This document shows, in pieces, positions 38,601-52,354 of a stretch of 64,000 nucleotides of DNA; the first letter of the stretch is position 1, and each line of letters begins with the position of its first letter. A program made the translations under genes and the position numbers. The stretch is from the NCBI RefSeq assembly GCF_001194135.2, contig NC_068997.1:1430066-1494065 (forward strand), given 5' to 3'. Source of the stretch: Octopus bimaculoides (Eukaryota). A model generated the notes under the pieces. It worked only from the letters and a program-made list of their open reading frames with translations. It was not told where the DNA came from and did not search any database.

Positions 38601-38870
38601 GGAGCAACAAGTAAAATTGAGTTTGTTACCCCGTTTTTTGCCTCCAAGTTTCGAGTACATGTGGTAGCAGCACGTCTAAATATATGGGAGAATGAGATGA
38701 GGAAAGAGAAAAATTAATTAGAGTGGAAGAAATAAAGATAACGAAATGGTTTTCTCAAAGTAATAAAAAGAAGTGAAACAATTAGATGCTGAAAAAATTA
38801 GTTTCATGTATCTAACTATTTATACATATTTATATACATATTTATACACACACAGACACACACACATATA

Positions 38871-39740
38871 TACAAGTATCAAAAAGTTCCCGGACTAGTT
38901 ATGTTTAATAAAGAATAACTTATTTACCTTGCGCAGCAATACAGCAGTATCAGCGTTCCTTCCACTTTTCGAATTCGGCCTGGAGGTCGTTTTACATAAG
39001 CGAGTCGAGGCGCTTTTTGCGAGTCGCTCCTGATCTCGACGACGGTGTTAAAACGGTGACCTTGGAAGTGTCTTTTCATCTTGGGTAAGAGAAGGAATTT
39101 CGCAAGTGCTAAATCTGGTGAACAGGGTAGGTGCGGAAGCGATACCATAATGTTTTTGGCGATAAACACACGAGTGAGGAGAGCTCAGTGATAGGGTGAA
39201 TTTTGTCGTTGCGAAGAATCCAATTCTTCGCGCTCCGCAGATCCGGTTGCTTTCGCCGAATGTTCTTCCTCAATTGCTTTAAAACGTCACAGTTGAAGTC
39301 TCGATTGACCGTCTGGCCCTCGGAGATAAATTGCTGATGTACAATACTGCGGATTCTGACAAAAACGATGACCATGCTTTTGATTGAGCTGCGGCTCTGT
39401 CGTACCTTCGTCAGTCGTGGAGAAGAAGGGCTCTTCCATTGCGACGACTGCTGTTTCGTCTCGTCATCGGTGATGTTCCTTGGACATGAAGGACGGGTCT
39501 TCATCGGCACGCTGATGCATATCTTGGCAGGCTTAAACGCGATGTTCTTTCTGCTCGGTGGTTAGCAAACAGGAACAAATTTGGCAGGAACACGCCGCAT
39601 GTTTAATCCAAACGTTAGGATTGCCTGCACGAACCCATGTGACCCAGCATCAGCAATGCCGTACATTCTCCTCTGTCGATCCTCATGCACAAGCTGATGC
39701 GTTTTCTCGACGTTTCCGGGTATGACAGTTGCCGCACGAT
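38871..39740 (-). mobile_element. 5'-truncated mariner (Mos1-like) transposon
   Basis: TIR-like TATCAAAAAGTTCCCGGACT; DETKQQSSQWKSPSSPR..KSMVIVF; PHLPCSPDLALAKFLLLPKMK. Confidence 0.88.
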
Positions 39741-40433
39741 ATATATATATAAAGACAATAACAACAAATTAAAGAGAAAGCCAGCATTTAGTCCCACGGT
39801 TTTGTTGCTTTTCTCAACACATTATATTTGGTAATTAGAACAGTGCTGCCAGCAATTAAAGGGGCAATTTTGGGAAGTGTAGACTATAGCAAAAGGAAGC
39901 ACTTCAAGTTACCAATGCTAGACATTTTATTGACTGACGAGCGACAACAACTTCGGTTCTAGTAAATACTAAACCCAGGACTTTACAATACAATAAATGC
40001 TATATTCATTTTATTAATGCACTCTACAGTTTCTGTCAACTCACAATCATTCAAAATTTACAATAAATCTTGTTTTGGTTCAATATTAAGTGTTTAGCTA
40101 AAAGATTCCTACTTGCAAAACAAAATCTCCTTCAACATATGTGTGGTTGTTTTCTTTTCTCATTCACTCGTAGTTCAGAGAGACAGTTGCACTAATGACT
40201 TGGTTTTGTTATTTTAGAACTTCTGCACTTCAGATCTCCCTACAGACACATTTCATGTAGTTTCACAGAACTTCAATGTGTACATAACAACATCGAGCTA
40301 GTAGTATAATAATCCAGAAATGAACTTGAAGTTTTTGTTTCGGAAGGAATGGAGATTTCCCCTCAAACCGATTCTTTTCATCTGAATGTCTGTCTGTCTG
40401 CCTGTTTTCCTGCCTGCCCACCCGCCTGCCTGC

Positions 40434-40484
<51 letters not shown>

Positions 40485-40524
40485 CATATCTGTGTGAGTG
40501 TGTGTGTATGTGTGTGTGTGTGTG

Positions 40525-40654
<130 letters not shown>

Positions 40655-40699
40655 TATCTGTCTGCTTGTGAAAATCTCTGCGCTGAAGCAGAATGAGGA

Positions 40700-42470
40700 C
40701 TGCAAATAAATCAGAACGGATGAAATATTCAAAATACTCTCCCACGACTGTTAAGTGGTGCAAGATGTTGTCCAGATACTACAAAAGGAAAACAAAAACT
40801 GGAAGAAATCAGGAGACGATATCATTCATAACATCCACTGTTAAAATAGTTGTTTGCGTAATATCTAAACATTGAATACAGAAGCAATACATGACTGGCT
40901 CACTGAAAGGGCAAAAACTACTTTAACGTATCTCTAGTCATTGTTGGTTTTGAAGTTGTAGGATTTAATCACAATCTGCAGTATTATTGCAGGTAATCTG
41001 TAAGCATTAGGAAAGGTGAGGATAAATAAACACCTGGGAAAGAACAACCGCTTTCCAGAAAAGATGAAAGCGTGCTGTTACGATCATTTGTCGATGAAGA
41101 GTAACAAAAGTAAAAATGGAACCCAAGAAGAAAACTGTGAGCAGGTCGGGTTGAGTAGCAGAAGACGTTTGACGCGCAGATCCTGGAAACCTTACCTTTG
41201 AGTGCAGTGGCACCGTTTATGAAGACACATTAAATATATTACAGATAAAAATACGTAATTCTGTAATTACCACGAATGGAAGCATTGTAAAAACTAATTT
41301 TTGATTTTTACAAAAAGAAATATTGTAAGGGTGTTCATTTCCCCAATTTGTTTTGTTCCTAGTGCCAAGAATTTTACTTAACATACTGAACACAATTTGA
41401 CTCGGTTAATTGCACATCCATAGCATTTATATACATTTTTGTAGGTGACTGACTTCATGTTGTACACTGAGGGTGTTGACGAACTAGAAACACGACTACA
41501 AACAATGCAATGACTTTCTGGACGATTTGATATGATTTGGACTAGAAAATGTACCATGCAAGCTTGAAAAACTGGAAATGAATTAAGAAATCTAGTACCA
41601 ATGTTAAATAAAGATAAAAGTAGATCAAAGAAATAAGAAGTAACGGGAACTTAAAAATACTGAGAAATTAGTCAACACAATTCTTAGAAAAGCTAAAGAA
41701 ACTATAATATCATTGGATTAAATATTGTTACTGAACTAAATATAAAAAGATAAGTAATCATTATTCTCAGTTGGAATCTAAATTTACTAACAAAACTAAA
41801 TAAAAATTAAAGACAGAAAATAATCTACATTTAAAAGAAATCACCCAAAACATCACATCGAGAGATTATATTTACTGTAAATACAGGGAGTAAGGACTTT
41901 ATTTCAAAGGAAAACTTGATAAGTCTGCGACTTATGATGGCAGTTCAAGTTGGGAATTCCAAAAGGCTTTGATCCAGGCAAGAAATAAATCTTTGATTCG
42001 CCAGTAATTGTCTAATTTTCCCGGGAAATCTATCAGTAAGTTTCCAGTAAAAGTTTATTTTTATTTCACAGCTCCCATCTTCTTTGTTTGCTCTCCAACA
42101 TCCCCATCTTCGTCTGCATTAGCAGTAACAACTAAGAAATTATTACAAATGGCAAATCATATTACAAATTACTGTAGTTAAGTCACATCTTAAAGCTTAC
42201 ACTAAGAATCAACTAACTTTTCATATGTTTATAAACCTTGGAAGCAGACAGTAAAAATCCAATTTTGGCACAAACTCAATTAAGATCTGATACGAACGGT
42301 TACGAAAGCACAACAGGTAGTACATGAAATAAGCCAATAGTTTCTAAAAACTCTCCTGCAGATGGCTCTACAGTGAGCAGCTTTAATCAACTCGATTAAA
42401 TGTCTGATTTTACTTCAATGCTTGTCATGATATTTCTTCTGATATGTAGCTCTATGTTGTCTCAAGGAAT
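40700..42470 (-). pseudogene. Cluster of about four FN3 remnants
   Basis: TSIEVK..TVE..VSDL..FLLSA (42230-42470); VTANADEDG and DFPGKLDN..DLFLAW (41880-42140); PGSAR..PDLLTV (41010-41210); ttttgtag|..HLTVVGEYFEYFIRS (40700-40787). Confidence 0.55.
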
Positions 42471-43523
42471 TATAGTTTTGAAATATGAAAACGCTTAAAA
42501 CGCTATTGCTATTTTTCTAGAATAAATAAATAAATAAATAAGAGAGAATCTTGCATCTATGGCACTCAAAATACGGTAGGGATTTATGTTAACAGAAAAG
42601 ATAGCATGAATTTATGTTAGAACACACATAAAGGCACAACGTACATGTAATCCAGAAATATAACTTAAGTAACCGTAATAGATTTATATAATATTGTCTC
42701 TGGAATAAATCTCATTGTACAATGTTGTAAGTAAACAGTTGAGTTACATAAGTTACTACAACATCTTTTACACAGCCCAAGTTATCTGAGCGATTTGTAA
42801 ATTATAATTTCGGATAAACATTTAAATAAGCAACAGGATCAACGACGCTAGTTGAGTATTGTTTCATTTGCTCAGCGAATGAGTCAATAATTCCACAATG
42901 GTGCGCCATTAAAGTATTGTGTGGTTTCTTCTGAACGAAAACAAACGCTGCATATAGTTACAGAATAGTAAACAAACAGCCCTACGTAGCTCTATTCTGT
43001 GCGTTGTGACGTATAAGGATGATAATCCTGGACAAGATTATTGTGCAATTTATCCAGAAATATAATCAATAGATCACAGAGATTAAAGCGCGAAGAATAA
43101 AGAGTCTTACTGTATGTAGATCTGAACCAGTGTCCCATTAAATAGAAGCAATATACCTTAGCTACTCGGCTACAACGATATTACAATTCTAGCGTAGCAT
43201 TGCGTATTAATAATAATATATTAATAACTGATAATTGATATCCTACTGATCGATATTGATTTATCATGATTCACAGAGTCAGGCGATTTCCGATTACTCT
43301 GTGTTCAATGTGTATCGTTAGGTATGTATAGTATATGTATATAAGCACAAACAAATATAAAAATATGCAAAAAATATTTAATATATTTTATGCGTACAGT
43401 TGTGCATATTGATTGCTTTATGTAACTTTGCGTAATTCTAACATACTTTCATATCTATGTATGTATGTATGTATGCATTTATGTATGTATGTATGTATGT
43501 ATGTATGTATGTATGTATGTATG

Positions 43524-43556
<33 letters not shown>

Positions 43557-43923
43557 ATCTATTTATCTTTCTATCTATTTACATATTCAAGCACATCTCT
43601 TCATATTTCATGGAGTCTCTGTCGGTTTCGACTATAAGCATTCAGCAGTTCGCTAAACTAAACTATCACAGCATTAACCGTAATTCTCGGTCCCAGGGCA
43701 AAACTATTAAACCACAGCCATATTTCTCAAATGGACTTCCAAACAGTTTCCGTCGTCCACATAATTTTACTCACATATTCTGAACCTGAGACCTCATGGT
43801 TGATTAGTAAATACCATAAGCATTCGGCATTGCCTGTATCCGTAACACTCACTCGCACTAAAACACACGTACACACATACATAAGAATATATATGTGTGT
43901 GTGTATATACATATATATATATA

Positions 43924-44248
43924 TTTATATTTGAAGACAATTATACAACGATCATAAATATACACACACTCTTGCATACATAGAATCTCGGCCCACACTA
44001 CATGTTGCATATAAATCTAGTTGTCTGTATATATAAATATGTGTGTGTAATGAATTGTAACGAATCATTTTGTAAATGTGTANNNNNNNNNNNNNNNNNN
44101 NNNNNNNNNNNNNNNNNNNNNNNNNNNNNNNNNNNNNNNNNNNNNNNNNNNNNNNNNNNNNNNNNNNNNNNNNNNNNNNNNNNNNNNNNNNNNNNNNNNN
44201 NNNNNNNNNNNNNNNNNNNNNNNNNNNNNNNNNNNNNNNNNNNNNNNN

Positions 44249-44296
<48 letters not shown>

Positions 44297-44454
44297 TTAT
44301 ATTTGAAGACAATTATACAACGATCATAAATATACACACACTCTTGCATACATAGAATCTCGGCCCACACTACATGTTGCATATAAATCTAGTTGTCTGT
44401 ATATATAAATATGTGTGTGTAATGAATTGTAACGAATCATTTTGTAAATGTGTA
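43924..44454. repeat. Identical ~159-bp direct duplication on both sides of an N-gap
   Basis: 43924-44082 equals 44296-44454 by eye. Confidence 0.9.
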
Positions 44455-44464
44455 TTAAACATCA

Positions 44465-44635
44465 ATAGTCAATATTATCTCTAACAAACAGGTTGTAACA
44501 TATAATTTCACCAGATAATTTACGGTTTGATTCACTGGTCCATGTAATCTCCAAGCTCCATGCAGTAGAGAATATTGAAAGCAGAACATTGGAATGGATG
44601 GGACAAGAATTACAATGTTTACTGCATTTATGCAA
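44465..44635 (-). pseudogene. FN3 remnant (strands A-C)
   Basis: CPIHSNVLL..STAWSLEITW-TSESNRKLS-GEIICYNLFV; the W-x9-G-x-I-x-x-Y spacing is typical of FN3. Confidence 0.65.
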
Positions 44636-44941
44636 ATTTTCTTTCAAGGTTTTAATAGTGTCGTATGTAGAATCATGCCAGAAGTTGCATATGAGAGAGG
44701 GGGGAGAAAGGGAGAAAGAGAAATGAGAGAAAAAGATAGTAAAAGATAGAAAGAGAGAGAGAGAGAGTGAAAGAGAAGAGAGAGAAAAAGAAAGTGAGAG
44801 CGAGAAAAAAGAAAGAGAGAGGGAGAGAGAGAAAGAGAGAGTGAGAGTGAGAGGCAGAAAGAGAGAGAAAGACAGAAAGAGAGAGAAAGCGAGAAAGATA
44901 GTGAGAATGAAAGAGAGAGAAAGAGAGAGTGAAAGCGAGAA

Positions 44942-44981
<40 letters not shown>

Positions 44982-45068
44982 CTAATAAAGGATATTTCCA
45001 ATAGCAATCATGTGCAAAGAAAAAAAAAACAATCATGATCATCATCATCATCATCATCATAATGATAA

Positions 45069-45121
<53 letters not shown>

Positions 45122-45621
45122 GAACACAAAACAAAACTAGTCAGAAATGCATCAGTCATTAATATCACCACCGCATAAAGCTTTCCTCAATAAAATTGGA
45201 TTAATTATGGAAATTTTAACAGTAAAATACAAAGCGAAAGTCAACAGAAAAATACTGTACAGTGAAGTAAATAAGACAGAAGTTAATCGTTAAACAATTT
45301 TTAATCCAACGAGGAGGAATTTATACGTTACAATATCCTTGCTATGTTACGTTGCAAGCTACTGGTGTCACTTAACACAGAAATTACTGACGAAGAGCGT
45401 TAGAATCGTTAATGGAGGTAGGGATATCATTATTGATCCAAATTAGACATAAAAATCAATTAGGAAATGTTACAAATCGTTTTAATAAATACTATTAGGT
45501 TCAGCATGTCTGAAGGGTCATCAATATTGGCGAGTGCCATAGTCTGCGCGAAACTGTCGGTAACATTCTGACCAGTAATATACTGCTCGAAAATACACAC
45601 ACGCACACACACACACACACA

Positions 45622-45925
45622 CAGTGGTTAGGGTATTCGGCTTGCTATCTTAATGTCATTAGTTCGATAACTGGGGGTGTTGTGACCTTGAGCAAGATAC
45701 TTTATTTCACATTGCTCCAGTACACTCAGCTGGCGAAAATGCGTGGCACTTTTAATTCACAGGGCCTACCTTGTCACATTCTGTGTCAACCGGAATCTCT
45801 CACAGAATTATGTTCAGTGTGCGCGTGACTGTGGAGAGCTCGGTCACATACAAGTTAATATCACGAGCAGCCTGTTTCTTTGATCGGTTCAACTGGAACC
45901 CACGTCGTCGCAACCGATGGAGTGG
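45622..45925 (+). mobile_element. SINE family C (older copy)
   Basis: CAGTGGTTAGGG head; tail CCTTGTCACATTCTGTGTC..CACGAGCAG..AACTGGAACC..GATGGAGTG. Confidence 0.75.
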
Positions 45926-45981
45926 CAGGTAATATATTTATACATATCTGTGTATGTGCGTGTTGTATTAGTGTGTCCATA

Positions 45982-46048
<67 letters not shown>

Positions 46049-46059
46049 GCGTTGGTAGA

Positions 46060-46560
46060 TGATATGCAGGTTTTCGCCTAAGTACAGCTGGCGATTAATG
46101 GCGCCGAGTGAATATGGAGGCGCCCTGTCAATAATAGTCCACTTGATGCTGGGTGTTTCGTCTCGGAGGTCACGAAGTCTCCAGAGGAAGAGCGATAGGA
46201 AGGTTGAATTCTCTCTGACCCTGGATCTTAGTGAATGCAAGTGCTGGGAATATCTTCTCTTGAAGTATTGGTTGCCATGCCTGTATAATGCCGAGTAATG
46301 CCATCGGATGGTGTAAAGATGGTTCTGTATACTACATATCTTGAGAGGGAGGATCCTTCTAGAGGGTAAGTGGTAGGGTTTCGGGAGTTGCAGGTTGGGG
46401 TTTGAGGTTTTGTGAATGCGTTTTTACGTCTGTTGATGCGTGCGATGTTGTCTAAGCAGGAGTATCTTACCTTGACATTATGGGGGCTGTAAAGCAGGAA
46501 GCCCCTGGCTGCATTGGTAGAAAATTTTAGGTTAATTGGGGATGTCATACCAGATTTTTT
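46060..46560 (-). mobile_element. Penelope-like element GIY-YIG fragment
   Basis: STNAARGFL..NVKVRYSCLDN..CNSRNPTTYPLEG..VVY..HYTGMAT, then ENSTFLS..LW..SIKWTII.RA.PY. Confidence 0.85.
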
Positions 46561-46639
46561 TTTCCTTTTCCTAATTCTCTTGAGAACGTACGTGAGAACA
46601 CACACACACACACACACACACGCATATGTATATATACAC

Positions 46640-48181
46640 ATACAGTATATACCGACGTACAAGACGAAATTTGAACTTTAAAAACAACAACCAAAAACTA
46701 GGGATCGTCTTATGTACCCAATATAAAAACTGAACATTAACTTCCTGTGGTTTATACCAGCACCAATGTCAATGGCGAATAGTGTAAAGCGCTCGCACAG
46801 ATCTTTACAGCGCATTATTTTCTATTGATACTTGCACATAACGATGGAGAACACCGTAAAACACATAATATTAAACACTCAATATTTTCTACTGATGCTT
46901 ACGTGTATGTTTGCGAAGCTGGATTAATAGTAAGATTGTATTAAAATAACAACACAGCAAACTTAGCGGACAAACACCAGCCGCCCTTTGCAAAAGCTGA
47001 CGAACAGAAAATATAAAGAATCAGCCCATTCAGCCGGGTCTCGGTGTCCGCTCTGACTACAGGCCTCGTTAGAGCGCTGTCTCATACAGCGCTCAACCAG
47101 CGCCGATGGCTTTCAGGACAAATGTAGTTTACAATAACTAACCTACCTCTTACGGCAGATTAGCAGCACGTACTGGTACTTTCTGTGAACGGTCAGTTCG
47201 TGTCAGTCAGACAAATCAGTATAAACCTTACAATTACTGGTTACTTCTAAACATTTACAGGCATGGTTTCTTAAACAGGCTCAAGTTGACACTCTTTCAT
47301 AACCAGTATTATCACTGGGTGAACATTAATTACCAGCAACTGTAAAACCACCTCATAGCTCCAAGTGATAAATGAAGGTAAAATGAAGCTGGTTTTAAAC
47401 TGAAAGTGGTAGCATACGCCAAGTCCCACAACAACTGTGCTGCTGCGAGAGAATAAAGTGTAACCGAGAAAATCGTAAGAGTTTAGAGATTTAAGGAGGA
47501 CTTATTAAGAAGTGTATCCAGATCAAAATGTGTAACGACAGGAGGCACTGCACACTGGCCAATTCTAGAGAAACATGGAGCATATATGATTCGTGTGCAG
47601 CGTCAAAATGGATATATAGTTTCAAGGCCAAGAGTCTTGTGAGGCAAGACAAAGTTTACAAATTAAGAAAATACTAGCACTGAACTTCATAACATTTCTC
47701 ATATATTACAATATAATATTATACATACAGTTAGTAAATTTGTAAATCCATTTCAAGTACTTGACACCATGTTAGTTCGTGTAAAATAACAGAGGCCTAA
47801 GTGACGTCACTACGGTAGTGTTTACACCAGCTAGGTATGTTTGATGTGTATTATAGTCGGTAATTTACAATATTTGGCCACATTTTGAAAAGAACTGGAT
47901 AAATTTTAAACAACCAAAACTGCAGAATTGTTGCATACAAAGTTCACTGATTGAAACATTGTTAAAATCCTATTGAAACTCCAAAACTGCAGGGGTTTCA
48001 GGGGCCTCTGGAGAAGCTATAGCTTACGCAACTCCTTTAGCTATGACCCTCACGCCTTCGGCGCTTGAGCCATTTTCAACGATAAGTTGGGCTAGTCTTA
48101 TACAGCAAGTATAGCTCAAAAGCCACTTTTTAAATGGAAATCCTGTACGCCCAGTCGTATTATCCACTGGCGTATATGGTA
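46640..48181 (+). mobile_element. pogo/Tc2-like DNA transposon, internally deleted
   Basis: Ends with the GTACAAGACG..CGTCTTAT subterminal palindrome and GTCGTATTAT..TATATGGTA; N-terminal EAGFKLKVVAYAKSHNNCAAARE..HWPILEKH..RQNGYIVSR (POGK-like HTH); no DDE region seen. Confidence 0.75.
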
Positions 48182-48447
48182 GTTACATGCATATGTATAT
48201 AACGCGTTTCTATACTTTAGGTATGGGGTCGATATCAGAGAAAGTGTTTCAATAATAAATCCCTGTGAACTTGGATGCTTACAGCTGGTTTCAATTGACT
48301 ATTACTTACTATCAGACGTGATAGTTGGTATCATTTGGCACAAACTGAATAAATTGACAGAGTAGGAGAGAAACCAGATACAATGGAATCAGAAATACAC
48401 ATACATTTCTGCTCCTCAGACGATAGATGTATACTTCCACCACGTAC

Positions 48448-48653
48448 CTTATGTCTTCTGTGCGGTTTTACTTAGTGAAATGTACAACTACAATACAATA
48501 GTCTGGAGCATCCGAACGCCTAGTTAAAACTTCTGATTTTGTATTTTCTCTCAATATTAATCCATGCTGGTTAACTGTTCTTGGTGATGCTGTTTTATAT
48601 GTTCTGTTAATATTATCTGTTAATTCCGCTTTAAGTTTTCGATATATCAGTTT
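48448..48653 (-). pseudogene. FN3 remnant exon (strands C-G)
   Basis: ctaatcctccattacag|KLIYRKL..LRENTK..DYCIVVVHFTK*NRTEDI, AG|gtacgt; YxIxVxxFT matches the FN3 F strand; in-frame TAA. Confidence 0.65.
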
Positions 48654-49011
48654 CTGTAATGGAGGATTAGTTTGTAACGAATAGACAATATATTAAAAAT
48701 AGCTATAACATTACCACTGTCAGCATAACATACCAAGCCTATACACCTCATACAGGCTGCGTCTTCACCTTGCTGTCTATATATGCTCAATCTGAAAGTA
48801 ACTTTAGCTTCACATACTTCGTTTGTTATTTATATCAAGAAAACTATGTCGCACACAATACTAACTTCAAGGTTTTTATATACTCAATATTTATGTTATA
48901 GCGAGTTAATAATATGTGTATTTATATACGTAGTCATAAAATTAATAATGTATGGAAGTATGAATAGTTTTCATTCTCTTGTGGCAAATACTGTCATTAT
49001 TGTTACAACTG

Positions 49012-49415
49012 GGGCGGCGAGCTGCCGGGTAAAACGCTTCGTGGCATTTCGTCCCACTTTATGTTCTGAGTTCAAATTCTGCCAAGGTCGACTTTGCCTT
49101 TCATCATTTCGGGGTGGATAAAGTAAGTACCAGTTGAGTTCTGGTGTCAATATAATCGACTAGCCCCTCCCCCAAATTTCAGGTCTTGTATCTCTAGTAG
49201 AAAGTATTATTATTACAAGTAAGGTGGTGAGTTGGTAGAGTTGTTAGGTTAGCATGCTGGACAAAATGCTTAGCGGCGTTTCGTTTGTCTTTACGTTCTG
49301 AGTTAAAATACTGCCGAGATCGATTTTCCCTTTTCGAAGTCGATAAAATAAGTATCAGTTGAATGCAATAAACTTACCACTCTGTCATCGAACATACTGG
49401 CCTTGTGCCAAAATC
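49012..49415 (+). mobile_element. Two head-to-tail SINE family B copies
   Basis: GGCGGCGAGCTG..GGTCGACTTTGCCTTTCATC..GTAAGTACCAGTTGAG..ATTATT, then a second copy from ~49220. Confidence 0.85.
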
Positions 49416-49599
49416 TGAGCCATTCCTATAATTACAAGTAATTGACATTGTTACTACTCTACCTCATTATTCTTTCTTCAGTTGCCATTATTATTACAAG
49501 CTCTTGCTAAGAATTGTTGCATAATTTTGAATTTAGACTTTTCAGCAATTCTCAACATAAACATAATTCTTAAGCAAATAATAAACAATTTGGTCTTCG

Positions 49600-49790
49600 T
49601 ACATTGCATCCATTCTACACACGTTTCTTATTTGCATATGTTTCAGGCATATTCTCTGCACTTGTTTATAATAATCAATCACCCAAGGAATGTCGGTTAC
49701 AGGAATCTGTCTCTTCTAAACAAACAGTCAAGTCACTTGGTGAACATCTACATATTCCAAACTCCTCTGCTGTATTTCTCTTCGGTTATA
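49600..49790 (-). pseudogene. FN3 remnant
   Basis: TAEE..SPSDLTV..TDS, frameshift, IPWVIDYYKQV. Confidence 0.5.
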
Positions 49791-50501
49791 CTTTCCTTTT
49801 ATTTTTACTAGAATTCTCTCACACGCTTACACTTTGGATTTTGGATTATGTAATATATTTTTGGTTTTTTTATGGCTTTATGTTTTCTATTTGAAATTTT
49901 TTTTGTATACATGTAATGTTACATTACACAATTCTATAACTTGGATTTTATATTTCCAAATATGCATTTTACACTTTTTGTGTTTTGTATATTCGTACTT
50001 TTTTTCATATTTATCTATACTCATGCATCCACGGGTAAATGTGTAGCCTTTGCGTATATATTTACGTGTTGTTTCACCCAGCAAACTAAATGTGGCTACA
50101 GAATTAACATATACAAAACATCGTTCAAAAGTATGTACCATTAATGGTATATACATGTAATATGTGCATGCGTTCGAGTATAAGTGTGGGCGTGTGGGTT
50201 TGTGGGCGATGTGTGACCCTATATATACATTGTCTAAGTGCAAAAGTTTATATACTAATAATGAATTTATAATGATATAACGATAATGAATAAATTTTTT
50301 TAGGTATCGAGGCTTGTGCACATATGCATCGGTTTGCATGTATGTACGCTCATACACACACACCTGTATGTATATGCATATGTCTGTGCATATATAGGTG
50401 CTTGCACGTGTAAGTACAGGCACATAGATAAGAATACATCCACGCATGATTATATATTAGCATGACCACAGTCTAATAATTGAAAAAAAGTATGAGATGT
50501 G

Positions 50502-50534
<33 letters not shown>

Positions 50535-50537
<3 letters not shown>

Positions 50538-51894
50538 GGGTTGGACAAAATAATGGTAACAACTAGCATCATGACATGATAATTTTGAAATATCTGTAAA
50601 ACCGTGAAAAACATGTTTAGTTTTATGGTTTGTTTTTTTATTTATTATTAGTGTTGCTTAATATGTATTACTAAAAGTGCTGTTTCTTTTCAGAAAAAGT
50701 AATTAAAGTTCATTAAAATGACAGATCTGTCGGACTTTCAAAGTGGTCAAATTGTTGGTGCTCATATGGCAGGCGCTTGCGTAACAAAAGCAGCCGAAAT
50801 GTTTGTTGTATCAAGAAGTATTTTCTTGAAAGTAATAATAACCTTTGAGATAGAGGGAAAAAGCTCATCGTTGAAACAAATATAGAACAACATGATACTT
50901 TACTAGACACCAACGTTGAGAGTCATGCATCCTGAGGAGAAAATTGCTTGAGGTTGTAGATCAAAAATGTTATAGAACTCTTTGTGAATGTAGTGAGAAA
51001 ATTTGGATAGATAAGGACCGTCGAACTCTTGCGCAAATTGTTTGAAAGGATCACACAAGTACAGCTCCCAAAATTACTGCAGGGCTTAATGGCCACCTCG
51101 AGAACCCGGTTACCACAAAAACTGTTCGCCGGTAGCTGCACAAAGCCGGATTTCACGGGAAGACTGCAATCAGAAAACCACCACTTTAAAAAATAAACGT
51201 TGCAAAGCGTTTGGAGTGGAGTTAAAACCTACAGAATTGGTCCCTAGAACAGTGGAAAAATATTATTTTCTCGGATGAGTCATCCTTTACCTTATTCCAG
51301 ATCACGGGTCAAGTATACGTGTGGAGAGAGCCAAAAGAAGCATTTGACCCAGACTGCTTCCTTCCAAGTGTTAAACATGGATGAGGATCTGTGATGATCG
51401 GGGGGGGGGGCAAACTTGGAAATCCGCCGGCCCAATGGTTTTTCTTCATGGCAGAATTAATAGGCAAGCATTTTATCTGATCAAATTCTTCCTATGGTTG
51501 TGGAACTGCTTCCGGAAGGAAACAATCTTTCAGGATGATAATGCACCAATTCACACAGCTCAAGTTGTTACTGAATGGCACGAGAAACATTCTAGGGAGG
51601 CTGAACGTCTTATCTGGCTATCACAGTCCCCAGATCTCAATATTATTGAACATTTATGGTGCATTTTAGAAAAACAAGTAAGGAGTCGATGTCCTCCACT
51701 ATCATCACTACAAGAACTGAAGACTGTTTTAGCAGAAGAATGGAGAAAAGTTCCTTTGGAAACAATTCAAACTTTGTACGAGTTCATATCTCGTAGAATT
51801 CAAGGTGTAATTACTGCCAAAGTCCGTCCTACCCCATATTAAAATAAATTTGTTTGAAGTTTTAAGGTGTTTCCGTTATTTTGTCCAACCCCTG
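50535..51894 (+). mobile_element. Full-length Tc1-like transposon in a (TA)n site, inactivated
   Basis: ~28-bp TIRs CAGGGGTTGGACAAAATAA; TA flanks; MTDLSDFQSGQIVGA at 50718, IFSDES, FQDDNAPIH, SPDLNIIEHLW; stops and frameshift. Confidence 0.95.
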
Positions 51895-52312
51895 TATANN
51901 NNNNNNNNNNNNNNNNNNNNNNNNNNNNNNNNNNNNNNNNNNNNNNNNNNNNNNNNNNNNNNNNNNNNNNNNNNNNNNNNNNNNNNNNNNNNNNNNNNNN
52001 NNNNNNNNNNNNNNNNNNNNNNNNNNNNNNNNNNNNNNNNNNNNNNNNNNNNNNNNNNNNNNNNNNNNNNNNNNNNNNNNNNNNNNNNNNNNNNNNNNNN
52101 NNNNNNNNNNNNNNNNNNNNNNNATATATGTATGTATGTATATATATAACTGACGGTATATGCATATGTGTATTTTATAAGTTCGTGGGTATATTTTCAA
52201 ATAGCGCACATGAAGAAAGTACTGGACAAAAGAATAATAGTACCGAACGACCCACATTTGAGCAACACTTAGCATGTATGTATGTATGTATGTATGTATG
52301 TATGTATGTATG

Positions 52313-52354
<42 letters not shown>

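Noticed and set aside
40690-41220. Plus-strand reading as an R4-like LINE zinc knuckle (ETISFITS)
   Set aside because: Lacks the Cys/His residues; the minus strand gives better FN3-like matches with a strong acceptor.
42090-42110. GAA GAT GGG (EDG) in an FN3 remnant as an A-to-I recodable GDG
   Set aside because: The surrounding frame has stops, so there is no protein to recode; speculative.
45387-45410. CTGACGA motifs here and at about 35477, 39914 and 46997 as hammerheads
   Set aside because: No correctly placed stem II, GAAA and stem I closure.
47082-47104. 9-bp perfect hairpin GAGCGCTGT-CTCAT-ACAGCGCTC
   Set aside because: Internal to the pogo-like element and most simply part of its sequence.
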